From a virus, in IMG/VR virus record IMGVR_UViG_3300027708_000024: 64,000 nt of DNA. One strand, given 5' to 3'. Each line of letters begins with the position of its first letter. Positions within the stretch are counted from its first letter, which is position 1. Below are positions 9,380 through 17,519 of the stretch, piece after piece. The translations under genes and the position numbers were made by a program. The notes under the pieces are model-generated. The model was given only the letters and a program-made list of their open reading frames with translations, did no database searches and had not been told where the DNA came from.

Positions 9380-9565
9380 ATGGCTATTGATATGAATGCA
9401 TTGCGTGAGGCTTATGCCACTGAAATTGTAGAAGGTATGGATATTGATGCCTTAGGTCAATTTGTTTATGAAAAAATCATGGAGAACCTCGATGACTATA
9501 ACGACATTGAGCTGATTGACAGGATTAATGAATTCGCACCCCACCTTTTAAAGGAAGAGGAATAA
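9380..9565 (+). CDS. Small acidic hypothetical protein
   Basis: GGAG SD; MAIDMNALREAYATEIVEGMDID...APHLL. Confidence 0.65.
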   Translation: MAIDMNALREAYATEIVEGMDIDALGQFVYEKIMENLDDYNDIELIDRINEFAPHLLKEEE

Positions 9566-9566
9566 C

Positions 9567-9833
9567 ATGAAAAAATATATCGCAAAACCAAGGTTGGCAA
9601 ATACACTTGACCAACAAATATTTGATGACCCAATCAGTGCATTGGAGTACCTGAATAGTAAACTGGCAATGAATGAGGATGATGAAGAAAAATTGGATTA
9701 TCGCTTTGCTACACCTACACTGCCACGTGCCATTGCTAATCGAGACAAGTTTTCCACTGAGCGTGCCAATAAGCAAATCGCTATCGCTATAGAGGATTAT
9801 GTCAATATTGGCAAACTTATTATAGTAGAATAG
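9567..9833 (+). CDS. Hypothetical protein
   Basis: GAGG SD, ORF track. Confidence 0.6.
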   Translation: MKKYIAKPRLANTLDQQIFDDPISALEYLNSKLAMNEDDEEKLDYRFATPTLPRAIANRDKFSTERANKQIAIAIEDYVNIGKLIIVE

Positions 9834-9836
9834 GCT

Positions 9837-9890
9837 GTGTTGTTTTTATACAACACTGGTATTGACAAAGGTACCAAAACCTGTTATACT
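9837..9890 (+). promoter_or_regulatory. Early promoter with palindrome
   Basis: GTGTTGT-TTTTAT-ACAACAC 9837-9856; TTGACA 9862-9867; 17 bp; TATACT 9885-9890. Confidence 0.8.
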
Positions 9891-9918
9891 AGCTGTTAAA
9901 TGATGATGAAAGGAATAA

Positions 9919-10068
9919 ATGAGTAAATTCAAGGATTTGATAATTGACATTGAGGCTGCTATCGAAGCAGGCAAAATGTCATTCCGTGAAATTGCGGATT
10001 ACTACGGTGTTTCGTATAATGACGTAAACCTTATTGCAGAATACATGATGGAGAATTATGATGAGTAA
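9919..10068 (+). CDS. Mini helix-turn-helix protein (49 aa)
   Basis: AAGGA SD; MSKFKDLIIDIEAAIEAGKMSFREIADYYGVSYNDVNLIAE...*. Confidence 0.65.
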   Translation: MSKFKDLIIDIEAAIEAGKMSFREIADYYGVSYNDVNLIAEYMMENYDE

Positions 10069-10291
10069 AGCAATGCAGGATTATTATGATGCCATTGACG
10101 ATGGATCATACGCTGCATGGCAAGAGGAAATTCTAATGCAGGAGAAGGCTATCGATGACCTATTGGAATCGATTCGCATCCTGGGTGTAGAATTTACTGC
10201 CAACCTGTTAGTAAAGCACTGTCCTACCGATGCCGTGAATCTTGCTGATTCGCTTTCCTTTGCAATATTTGATGATAATGAGGCAAAATGA
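10058..10291 (+). CDS. Hypothetical protein
   Basis: GGAG SD, ORF track. Confidence 0.6.
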   Translation: MMSKAMQDYYDAIDDGSYAAWQEEILMQEKAIDDLLESIRILGVEFTANLLVKHCPTDAVNLADSLSFAIFDDNEAK

Positions 10292-11463
10292 TGAATAGTA
10301 ATGCAATTGCTTTTGTGAAGGCTGCCGAAAGCATATTCTCCGAAGGTGCAACCTTAACCCGTGCTGGTGTACAACGGGTAGTCGATGAAACAGGTGTTCC
10401 TTATCCGTTCTGGTTTGTTTCACGTTCCCAGTACCGTGTGGGTCGTGGTGAGTACAAGTTACCTCGCATTGGTGGTGCTAAACCTAGTCTAGGTCCTAAC
10501 CCTGCTGAGTCCTTGAGTATTCGTAAAGCACCTGAACCTGAGGTTGCAGTAGTGGAACAAGTCCTTTCATTCCGTCAACCTAAATTGATTGATGAATCTG
10601 AACCTGCTATTCCCAGCAAGTATCCTGATTATGTACCGTTTGGATTCTTTAAGGATATGAAAAACATTTTATCCTCTAAGCAATTCTATCCTATATTCGT
10701 TACTGGTCTATCAGGTAATGGCAAAACCTTAATGATTGAACAGGTATGCGCTGAACTCCAACGTGAGTGTATCCGTGTCAATATCTCTGTGGAAACCGAT
10801 GAGTCTGATTTACTTGGTGGTCCTACACTGGTTAATGGTAATGTGATTAACCGTGATGGTCCTGTGATTCTTGCCATGAAACGTGGCGCTGTGCTACTGA
10901 TTGACGAAGTGGATCGTGGATCCAATAAACTCATGTGCCTACAAGGTATTCTCGAAGGCAAACCATACTATAACAAAAAGTCTGGTGAAGTAGTATACCC
11001 AACCAATGGATTCAATGTCGTTGCCACTGCCAATACAAAAGGTCGTGGTTCCGATGAAGGTAAGTATCTATCGCAAATCCTCGATGATGCCTTCCTTGAA
11101 CGCTTTCCTATTACAGTAGAACAAGAGTATCCAGACGTAAGAACTGAAACAAAGATTCTTACCCCATTGATTAATGATAAGGCATTCGTTGATAACCTAG
11201 TCAAGTGGGCAGATATTGTCCGTAAGACCTATGAGGAAGGTGCTATTGATGAAATTATCAGTACCCGTCGCCTAGTACACATTGCAAAAGCCTACACTAT
11301 CTTTAATGATAAGATGAAAGCAATCCAATTGTGCGTTAATCGATTCGATGAGATTACCAAATTGAGTCTATTAGACTTGTACAGTAAAGTGGATGAGACA
11401 GTGCAATCGGCAAACACCGTGACTTCTGCCAGTTCACCTATTGACTCAGAGCAACCTTTCTGA
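10288..11463 (+). CDS. CobS/MoxR-type AAA+ ATPase
   Basis: Walker A GLSGNGKT, Walker B LLIDEVD, ATANTKGRG, LDDAFLERF, ISTRRLVHI. Confidence 0.9.
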   Translation: MMNSNAIAFVKAAESIFSEGATLTRAGVQRVVDETGVPYPFWFVSRSQYRVGRGEYKLPRIGGAKPSLGPNPAESLSIRKAPEPEVAVVEQVLSFRQPKLIDESEPAIPSKYPDYVPFGFFKDMKNILSSKQFYPIFVTGLSGNGKTLMIEQVCAELQRECIRVNISVETDESDLLGGPTLVNGNVINRDGPVILAMKRGAVLLIDEVDRGSNKLMCLQGILEGKPYYNKKSGEVVYPTNGFNVVATANTKGRGSDEGKYLSQILDDAFLERFPITVEQEYPDVRTETKILTPLINDKAFVDNLVKWADIVRKTYEEGAIDEIISTRRLVHIAKAYTIFNDKMKAIQLCVNRFDEITKLSLLDLYSKVDETVQSANTVTSASSPIDSEQPF

Positions 11464-11515
11464 TAGAATTATTACTGTAGTGCCATATACCATATAACTG
11501 AGAAAGAACTATATC

Positions 11516-11833
11516 ATGAAACAAAAAGTCCATAACAAAATTCTAGTAGTATTGAAGTCTGGTAATGCTGTTACCGTTGATGAGATCAAAGCATCCTTTG
11601 CTAGTGATATCAAAACCTCTGCATTGATGTATAGATTGTCCACATATATCTACGATGCCCGTAAGTATGATAAGGCAGTTATTCGTGTATTAAAAGATGG
11701 TCGTAAGGTTACTGGATACCAATTAGTTAACCCAAATGACTTTGATTCCAATGGGTTTTTTACAGGGTCATCAAAACCCTCTAAGACCGATCAAACGGCA
11801 CCAGTTGAAGAAAAACAATCGGAAACCGTATAA
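11516..11833 (+). CDS. Putative winged-helix DNA-binding protein
   Basis: KILVVLKSG..VTVDEI...RLSTYIYDAR...GRKVTGYQL. Confidence 0.5.
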   Translation: MKQKVHNKILVVLKSGNAVTVDEIKASFASDIKTSALMYRLSTYIYDARKYDKAVIRVLKDGRKVTGYQLVNPNDFDSNGFFTGSSKPSKTDQTAPVEEKQSETV

Positions 11834-11973
11834 AACCGCTGAGAGAATAGTTAGAATTGCTCTGGATTAATCTCCGGAGCAAACTAAGACCCAAACCCAT
11901 CGAACCGTAGCGCAGCATCCTGCGACACTTTTTCACACAATTTGACACTTTTCTACACCAATCTGAAACTATT

Positions 11974-12198
11974 ATGAAAACATACGAAACCTTTGAGAAA
12001 ATTGACGGTATGACGAGTTGTATGAAGCGTCCTATCATTATCCATTGTATGCAAATTGATGAACCATTTCGAGTGAATACACTAGAAGGTGACTATAAGC
12101 AAGGTAAAGCAGGTGATTATCTTATGCGTGGTATTGATGGTGAACTCTATATCTGTGATAGAGCAATCTTTGAAAAGACTTATGATAGGTTTGATTGA
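11974..12198 (+). CDS. PGDYG-like phage protein
   Basis: TLEGD...GDYLMRGIDGELYIC...IFEKTY. Confidence 0.7.
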   Translation: MKTYETFEKIDGMTSCMKRPIIIHCMQIDEPFRVNTLEGDYKQGKAGDYLMRGIDGELYICDRAIFEKTYDRFD

Positions 12199-12325
12199 TG
12201 ACTGACCAAGACCGAATACAAGCATTACAGGAGTATATTGCATATCTAGAGAATCGTTTACATCATTCTGAAAAGATGCACGAACATGCTATGGCAATGC
12301 TAACAAAACTGATAGGAAAGTTTAA

Positions 12326-12514
12326 ATGACTGAACATATCATGAAACAACGATCCGTAGCATTGGTTATTGCTATGGTAGGTGATGCACTTGCTGATACA
12401 TGGTGGAGTAGTCCAAACAAAGCATTCAACGGAATGACACCTGCTGGTCAATGGATCAAAGATCACGAAAGCGTATATACCTATCTAATGCAACATAGTC
12501 AAGGTGGATGGTAA
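12326..12514 (+). CDS. Xre/MbcA/ParS antitoxin C-terminal (toxin-binding) domain-like protein
   Basis: A..WWSSPNKAFNGMTP motif. Confidence 0.65.
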   Translation: MTEHIMKQRSVALVIAMVGDALADTWWSSPNKAFNGMTPAGQWIKDHESVYTYLMQHSQGGW

Positions 12515-12864
12515 TGGATAAACGAATACAACAACTCTTTAAAACAATTAGAAAGCATAAGCACACACATAATTTGATGAGTAACCCACCTCAGGTTAAA
12601 TACAGCTATACAATCGAAGAAGAAGATATAGAAAAATTCGCTGAGTTAATCATTAAAGAATATGCTGATAATGACTACGTTTTATGCATATCACGACCAT
12701 TGACCAATGACCAACTGGCTGATATGTACAAGAGAACCACTGGTTTATCTGCACGAACAGGTCCTATACATGCCGTAGTTGAATGGGCAAAGACTCAACC
12801 ATGGTGCTATGTCGATTACATTGACGGAACGATACACAAGAAAGGTTATGCAAAACCACTATGA
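12514..12864 (+). CDS. MNERI family chimera (copy 2) with an unrelated C-terminal half
   Basis: MDKRIQQL...EKFAELIIKEYA followed by different sequence. Confidence 0.65.
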   Translation: MDKRIQQLFKTIRKHKHTHNLMSNPPQVKYSYTIEEEDIEKFAELIIKEYADNDYVLCISRPLTNDQLADMYKRTTGLSARTGPIHAVVEWAKTQPWCYVDYIDGTIHKKGYAKPL

Positions 12865-13094
12865 ACCCACGAATTAAAGAATTGATGATTCAGGCAATGA
12901 CTGAAACTGGTAGACTTGAAGATGGTGTGCAAGTTAGTTATCAACGATTTGCGGAGTTGATTGTTCGGGAATGTGCAACCATTGCACTCAGGGAAGAACA
13001 TGACCCATACGAATGCATTTTGAGTCATTTTGGGGTTGACACCATTGATGGTCAATTAAGAAAAAGAAGCACTTACTTCGGAAACAATCCATAA
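12861..13094 (+). CDS. MNERI family protein, copy 3
   Basis: MNPRIKEL...RFAELIVRECA...ILSHFGV. Confidence 0.7.
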   Translation: MNPRIKELMIQAMTETGRLEDGVQVSYQRFAELIVRECATIALREEHDPYECILSHFGVDTIDGQLRKRSTYFGNNP

Positions 13095-13106
13095 AACGGA
13101 GAAATC

Positions 13107-13634
13107 ATGGCAGCAACCTTATCAGAGAATGGAATCAACGGTGATATTCTCATTATTAAAGAACTATGCAAGAATCTGAAGTTTTCTAAACAAAAAACAA
13201 ATTTCTATATTGATGCCGCAAAGCATGGAGTCATTGCAGTCGAATCACTCCTAGAATATGCTATTTCTAAAGTGGGTAAACTAGAACGATCAAACAAAGA
13301 CGGACAAGACTTCAAAGACGGATCCGATGCCAAGAAAGCAATTGTTACAGCAAGATCGGAAGTTGTCATAAAAAATTTAAAGAATAAGAAAGGCATTCTT
13401 AGAATTATGATTGCCAATCCTTATGCTGAAGGATATCCTGATGTTGAGACTTTATACTATTTTAGAGTTCCTTATTCTTTATATGGTGGTACAGGAGGAT
13501 TAAACATAACTTTTAAATCTTTTGAATTTTTCAGTAAAGTCAATGACCGCAAATACAGACATGGCAAAGTCACGAAAGCATGGAAAATATGGAACAAATA
13601 CCGAGTGTATTCATTTAAAGAATTGTGCGAGTAA
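13107..13634 (+). CDS. Basic hypothetical protein, possible PD-(D/E)xK-type endonuclease
   Basis: GGAG SD; E..LE, GQDFKDGSDAKK. Confidence 0.4.
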   Translation: MAATLSENGINGDILIIKELCKNLKFSKQKTNFYIDAAKHGVIAVESLLEYAISKVGKLERSNKDGQDFKDGSDAKKAIVTARSEVVIKNLKNKKGILRIMIANPYAEGYPDVETLYYFRVPYSLYGGTGGLNITFKSFEFFSKVNDRKYRHGKVTKAWKIWNKYRVYSFKELCE

Positions 13635-13635
13635 T

Positions 13636-14004
13636 ATGAACGAAACTTACGAACCAAAACTATTACACAAACGATATGAAATCGAACAAGAACAGAAATG
13701 GAGAGAAGAAATCTCTGCCATACCTGCTATTCGTTTTCCTGCTGACTGGTTAGTACAAATCATACCACCATTTGGTGATGCTGTGGTGCGCTTTCGTGTC
13801 AAGTTACCATCAGGTAAAGAAAAGTCTATCTATCTGGACCGCCGTAACTCATTGGGTTACTGGGAGAAAACTAATTCATTGGGTTACTGGGAGAAAACAG
13901 ATGAACCGTACTGGGAAGTCTATCCATACCAAAGTGATGTCGGTCGTTGTGGCATCAATGAGGTCGAGACTTTGCTAGAAATGATTGGCAATGAAGAGGA
14001 GTAA
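13636..14004 (+). CDS. Hypothetical protein with a 9-aa tandem duplication
   Basis: ATG directly after the previous stop; NSLGYWEKT x2. Confidence 0.7.
   Translation: MNETYEPKLLHKRYEIEQEQKWREEISAIPAIRFPADWLVQIIPPFGDAVVRFRVKLPSGKEKSIYLDRRNSLGYWEKTNSLGYWEKTDEPYWEVYPYQSDVGRCGINEVETLLEMIGNEEE
13845..13898 (+). repeat. 27-bp in-frame tandem duplication
   Basis: TAA(C/T)TCATTGGGTTACTGGGAGAAAAC twice, 26/27 identical. Confidence 0.9.
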
Positions 14005-14006
14005 AA

Positions 14007-14045
14007 ATGAACGAACGAATTCAACAACGTATTGGAGTCAAATAA
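14007..14045 (+). pseudogene. Empty MNERI cassette (12-codon remnant)
   Basis: MNERIQQRIGVK*; both ends match copy 1 at DNA level; GAGGAG SD. Confidence 0.65.
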
Positions 14046-14221
14046 TGAAAGATACAATAATTAATTGGTTAACTACCTATAGAACACCTATCGGATGTTT
14101 TATTGGTGGCATCAACATATTGAGTGGTGTTACAGATATTGTTATAGGCAATAATTTTTTCGGTGTATTTTGGATTGCTCTTGGTGCTTTGATAATCTTT
14201 GATCTGAGACCAACAAAATGA
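14045..14221 (+). CDS. Small two-TM membrane protein
   Basis: TAATG coupling; two hydrophobic segments. Confidence 0.65.
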   Translation: MKDTIINWLTTYRTPIGCFIGGINILSGVTDIVIGNNFFGVFWIALGALIIFDLRPTK

Positions 14222-14436
14222 ACGAAAATATACAAGCCTTGATGATAAACCATGGTCTACATAAACATATTTCAAGTGATTGTCACTCAAGAATGGTAAT
14301 GCTTGCTGATATCATTGTCAAAGAATGTGCGAGACTGGCCAGAGAACACACCTTAGAGAAATCTGGATTGGATTCCTCTTTTGATGGTAAAGTTCTTGTT
14401 GAAGAAGTAATTAAAAACCATTTTGGAGTAATATAA
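14218..14436 (+). CDS. MNERI family protein, copy 4
   Basis: MNENIQAL...LADIIVKECA...IKNHFGV. Confidence 0.7.
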   Translation: MNENIQALMINHGLHKHISSDCHSRMVMLADIIVKECARLAREHTLEKSGLDSSFDGKVLVEEVIKNHFGVI

Positions 14437-14618
14437 TGAATTATGCATTAATACTTTATACTGTAGTTGCTATGTCTGGTCACAATTCAACATTAACCAA
14501 AGCATATGATTGGCGTTATCTCACCACGTTTGCTAATCATGAACGGTGCGTTGATGCTGCAAATTTGATGGGTATCTCATCCGAACGGTATCGTTGTGTG
14601 GCAGTGGTAATGAAATGA
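14436..14618 (+). CDS. Small exported protein with two Cys
   Basis: Hydrophobic N-terminus, F...ERC..AA...RCV. Confidence 0.55.
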   Translation: MNYALILYTVVAMSGHNSTLTKAYDWRYLTTFANHERCVDAANLMGISSERYRCVAVVMK

Positions 14619-14767
14619 TTATTGTCACCGTAATACTGGCAATTATGTTCTGGGTTATGTCTGATGTTGCATGGGCAGAAGATCGTATGTTCTGGGCGCA
14701 TACCTATTTGTTTTTGTCTGCATTAAACGGTGCATTGGCAATGTCTGTTGTATTTTAAGGAAAACAA

Positions 14768-15010
14768 ATGAAAGACCTGCTAAACCTATTACCAAAATTA
14801 TTGGAAATGATGCCGGGAGTTGTCAAGTTCCTGAAGTATATTCCTATTATTATGATACTAGCAGGTGTTGGTTATGGTGCGTACCTCATTACATTAAACT
14901 ACAAAGACCCGTTTAAATGCGTAAACAATGAAATCTACCAACAAGTACGAGTGGATTCCAATGTCTACCAGTTTAAGGGTGGTTATTGTGTAGATGGCAA
15001 TAATAAGTAG
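14768..15010 (+). CDS. Membrane-anchored hypothetical protein
   Basis: AAGGA SD; one TM segment, two Cys. Confidence 0.65.
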   Translation: MKDLLNLLPKLLEMMPGVVKFLKYIPIIMILAGVGYGAYLITLNYKDPFKCVNNEIYQQVRVDSNVYQFKGGYCVDGNNK

Positions 15011-15011
15011 G

Positions 15012-15064
15012 TGTTGTATTGGCACAACAATGGGATTGACATACTCACCATATTCTGTTATCAT
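15012..15064 (+). promoter_or_regulatory. Early promoter with palindrome
   Basis: TGTTGT-ATTGGC-ACAACA 15012-15029; TTGACA 15036-15041; 17 bp; TATCAT 15059-15064. Confidence 0.8.
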
Positions 15065-15084
15065 TATGTCTGTAGTGTAAATTA

Positions 15085-15285
15085 ATGGAAAATTTTATGA
15101 AAATACATGATTTTTTTTCTTGGGTGTTTCTCGCCACTGTTTGGTTTCTTGTATGCGTTACCATATACGGTGAATGGCACACCTATCAAATGAACAAAGA
15201 GTGCCGTGCCGATGGTGGTACGTTGATAAAGGAATACGGGTATAACCAATATATCTGCACTATTCTACCAATTGATAGAGGTTAA
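15085..15285 (+). CDS. Small membrane protein
   Basis: TM segment followed by C...GG...C. Confidence 0.6.
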   Translation: MENFMKIHDFFSWVFLATVWFLVCVTIYGEWHTYQMNKECRADGGTLIKEYGYNQYICTILPIDRG

Positions 15286-15290
15286 TTATT

Positions 15291-15695
15291 ATGATGCCAG
15301 CAGGAAAATACTATGTGGGTGATTTGGCTTATGTGATGACAGATGGAGAATGGGAAGAATTTTGTTCTCTTACCATCAAGAACAACAAATGCCTAGATGG
15401 TGAATTTCAATTCAAAGATGGTCGCAAATTTGCCACATATGGAACAAAGTGGGGTGATGGTGTATATCATGACTATTATGGATATTCATATTCAGTTGAT
15501 TCCGGTTCCATTGGTTGTATCTTGGTAGATGATATTCGTGCCAACAAATACGATGACCTGTTGCAATTAGGTGCCATCATGGAATTCAAAATTGATTTTG
15601 TTACTGGTGGTGGCAGAGAAGATGGTGGTTGGCATGGCACAATTCAGTTTGGTCATGTGGTAATCGAAACTGATCCACAATATGAGGACAATTGA
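15291..15695 (+). CDS. Conserved phage hypothetical protein
   Basis: MPAGKYYVGDLAYV...TKWGDG.Y...VDSGSIGCI. Confidence 0.7.
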   Translation: MMPAGKYYVGDLAYVMTDGEWEEFCSLTIKNNKCLDGEFQFKDGRKFATYGTKWGDGVYHDYYGYSYSVDSGSIGCILVDDIRANKYDDLLQLGAIMEFKIDFVTGGGREDGGWHGTIQFGHVVIETDPQYEDN

Positions 15696-15958
15696 TGAGA
15701 AAGCGTGAAATTCAAAACCGAATGAAAGTGCCAGAACAGATGGTTAAACTGACAATGGATCAAATTGATTCGATTGTGGTTTCCGAATTGCAGTTCGCAT
15801 TAGAGGTTGCCATCGTTCCAAACAGAGATGAAGGTGGGTATGATTTGGGTATCGATGAGGATTTGGTCGAAGCCCTTACTGTAACACTGAAATATTTCAT
15901 GGATGCTAACAGTTATCAAAATTACATGAATTATGTTACTAATTTGACTATACGTTAA
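15692..15958 (+). CDS. Hypothetical protein
   Basis: ORF track; exact start uncertain. Confidence 0.55.
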   Translation: MMRKREIQNRMKVPEQMVKLTMDQIDSIVVSELQFALEVAIVPNRDEGGYDLGIDEDLVEALTVTLKYFMDANSYQNYMNYVTNLTIR

Positions 15959-15989
15959 AAATTGTTTCTATAAATGAAACAATCCAGGG

Positions 15990-16051
15990 TGTTGTATTTA
16001 CGCAACACACCTGGATATCCGCTTGACCAAAACCATGGATTTTGCTAGAAT
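15990..16051 (+). promoter_or_regulatory. Early promoter with palindrome
   Basis: TGTTGT-ATTTAC-GCAACA 15990-16007; TTGACC 16023-16028; 17 bp; TAGAAT 16046-16051. Confidence 0.75.
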
Positions 16052-16080
16052 AACGTATTGATTGATTGAGAGGAATCTAT

Positions 16081-16941
16081 ATGTCGCAAATTCAATTCGT
16101 AGGTGGCAAGTTTCAGGCAGTTATTAATGGCAAAATGGTCAAACGCTCACATGAGTCTGACCTGAAAGCATTAATCAAAAAAGCACAATCCTTTGCTGCA
16201 CCAATTCCTACTACACCATCAAAATACGATATTAATAAACGATTCGATTTTGTTGAAAAACTAGTAAAGATGGTTGCTGGCGAAGTACAACCTTCTGCAA
16301 TTATTACTGGTCGTGGTGGTCTTGGTAAATCCTATACAGTTACCAAAACGCTCGAATCTCAAGGTTACAAAGATATATCAGACCTCGAGGAATTCGTAAT
16401 TGTCCCAGGCAAAAAAGTATTCCGTGTTGTCAAAGGTTATTCTACTGCCAAAGGTCTGTATCGTACCCTATACGAAAACAGTAATGGCGTTATTGTGTTT
16501 GATGACACCGATGCCATTTTGCGTGATCCTGTTGCATTGAATCTATTGAAGGCAGCACTTGATTCCTATTCAAAGCGTTACATTACATGGAATGCCGAGA
16601 ATATGAATGATGACCTGCCATCCTCATTTGAGTTTAAAGGTCGTGTTATCTTTATTTCAAATATGGATCAAACTAAAATCGATCAGGCAATCCGTTCACG
16701 CTCGATTATGATTGACTTGAGCATGACCACGGATGAAATTATCTCCCGCATGGAGTATATTGTAAAGTCCAAAGAATTCATGCCAGATACCAGTATCCGT
16801 TTCAAAACTGATGCCATCGAATTCCTGCGTGAGAAAAAAGATTCGGCAAAAGAATTGTCATTGCGTACACTTATCTCCGTTGTTAAGATTCGCTCTGCCA
16901 ATACAGATTGGAAAGAAATGGCAGATTATGTATTGTCGTAA
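16081..16941 (+). CDS. P-loop AAA-type ATPase
   Basis: GAGG SD; Walker A GRGGLGKS, Walker B IVFDDTD, LKAALDS, FISN, AIRSR. Confidence 0.85.
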   Translation: MSQIQFVGGKFQAVINGKMVKRSHESDLKALIKKAQSFAAPIPTTPSKYDINKRFDFVEKLVKMVAGEVQPSAIITGRGGLGKSYTVTKTLESQGYKDISDLEEFVIVPGKKVFRVVKGYSTAKGLYRTLYENSNGVIVFDDTDAILRDPVALNLLKAALDSYSKRYITWNAENMNDDLPSSFEFKGRVIFISNMDQTKIDQAIRSRSIMIDLSMTTDEIISRMEYIVKSKEFMPDTSIRFKTDAIEFLREKKDSAKELSLRTLISVVKIRSANTDWKEMADYVLS

Positions 16942-16980
16942 TTTCTATATACAGTATGATAACCCCACACCGTTAGGAGC

Positions 16981-17154
16981 ATGATGAGGTACCTACTGAT
17001 ATCAAATAATGGAAAAAAGAGTTTATTTTATATCAAAGAATGTGCCGAGATGTATCGAACCGCATATGGCGGAGTTATTATAGAGGTGAATGAAAATGAA
17101 AACGAACCAAAACGAATTGAAGAAACACCGAAACCACTTTATCCTGTTCTGTAA
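16981..17154 (+). CDS. Small hypothetical protein (57 aa)
   Basis: AGGAG SD; MMRYLLISNNGKKSLFYIKECAEMYRTAYGG...*. Confidence 0.55.
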   Translation: MMRYLLISNNGKKSLFYIKECAEMYRTAYGGVIIEVNENENEPKRIEETPKPLYPVL

Positions 17155-17239
17155 GGATACCCCATTCAAGCCTAAACAGGTAAAATTGAAAACCTTGTAT
17201 ACCCGCAAGGATAAGCATAAGTCCCAAGAATCTTACTAA
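17096..17239 (+). CDS. Small basic protein, possibly ArfA-like (47 aa)
   Basis: GAGGTG upstream; ...LFCKDTPFKPKQVKLKTLYTRKDKHKSQESY*. Confidence 0.5.
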   Translation: MKTNQNELKKHRNHFILFCKDTPFKPKQVKLKTLYTRKDKHKSQESY

Positions 17240-17424
17240 TCTGACAATTATCATTCTGATATGTGTCAAAAAAACAACATCGAAATTAGGGGTCGAACCA
17301 TGGTACCACAGTCTACTATGACCGACCCGAGAAAACCTCCTATAACCCTTCCTAGAGTCCCCGAACCCCTCGATTTTGCTGGGTTTTGGGGGTCTGAACC
17401 CATGGATCCGTTGTCAAAATGATA

Positions 17425-17487
17425 TGTTGTACAGATACAACAGATACCAAAATAGTCCTTGACCTAGGTGCCATTTTGCCCTATAAT
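17425..17487 (+). promoter_or_regulatory. Early promoter with palindrome
   Basis: TGTTGT-ACAGAT-ACAACA 17425-17442; TTGACC 17459-17464; 17 bp; TATAAT 17482-17487. Confidence 0.8.
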
Positions 17488-17519
17488 CGTATGCATACGT
17501 TGATTAATTAAGGGAAGTT

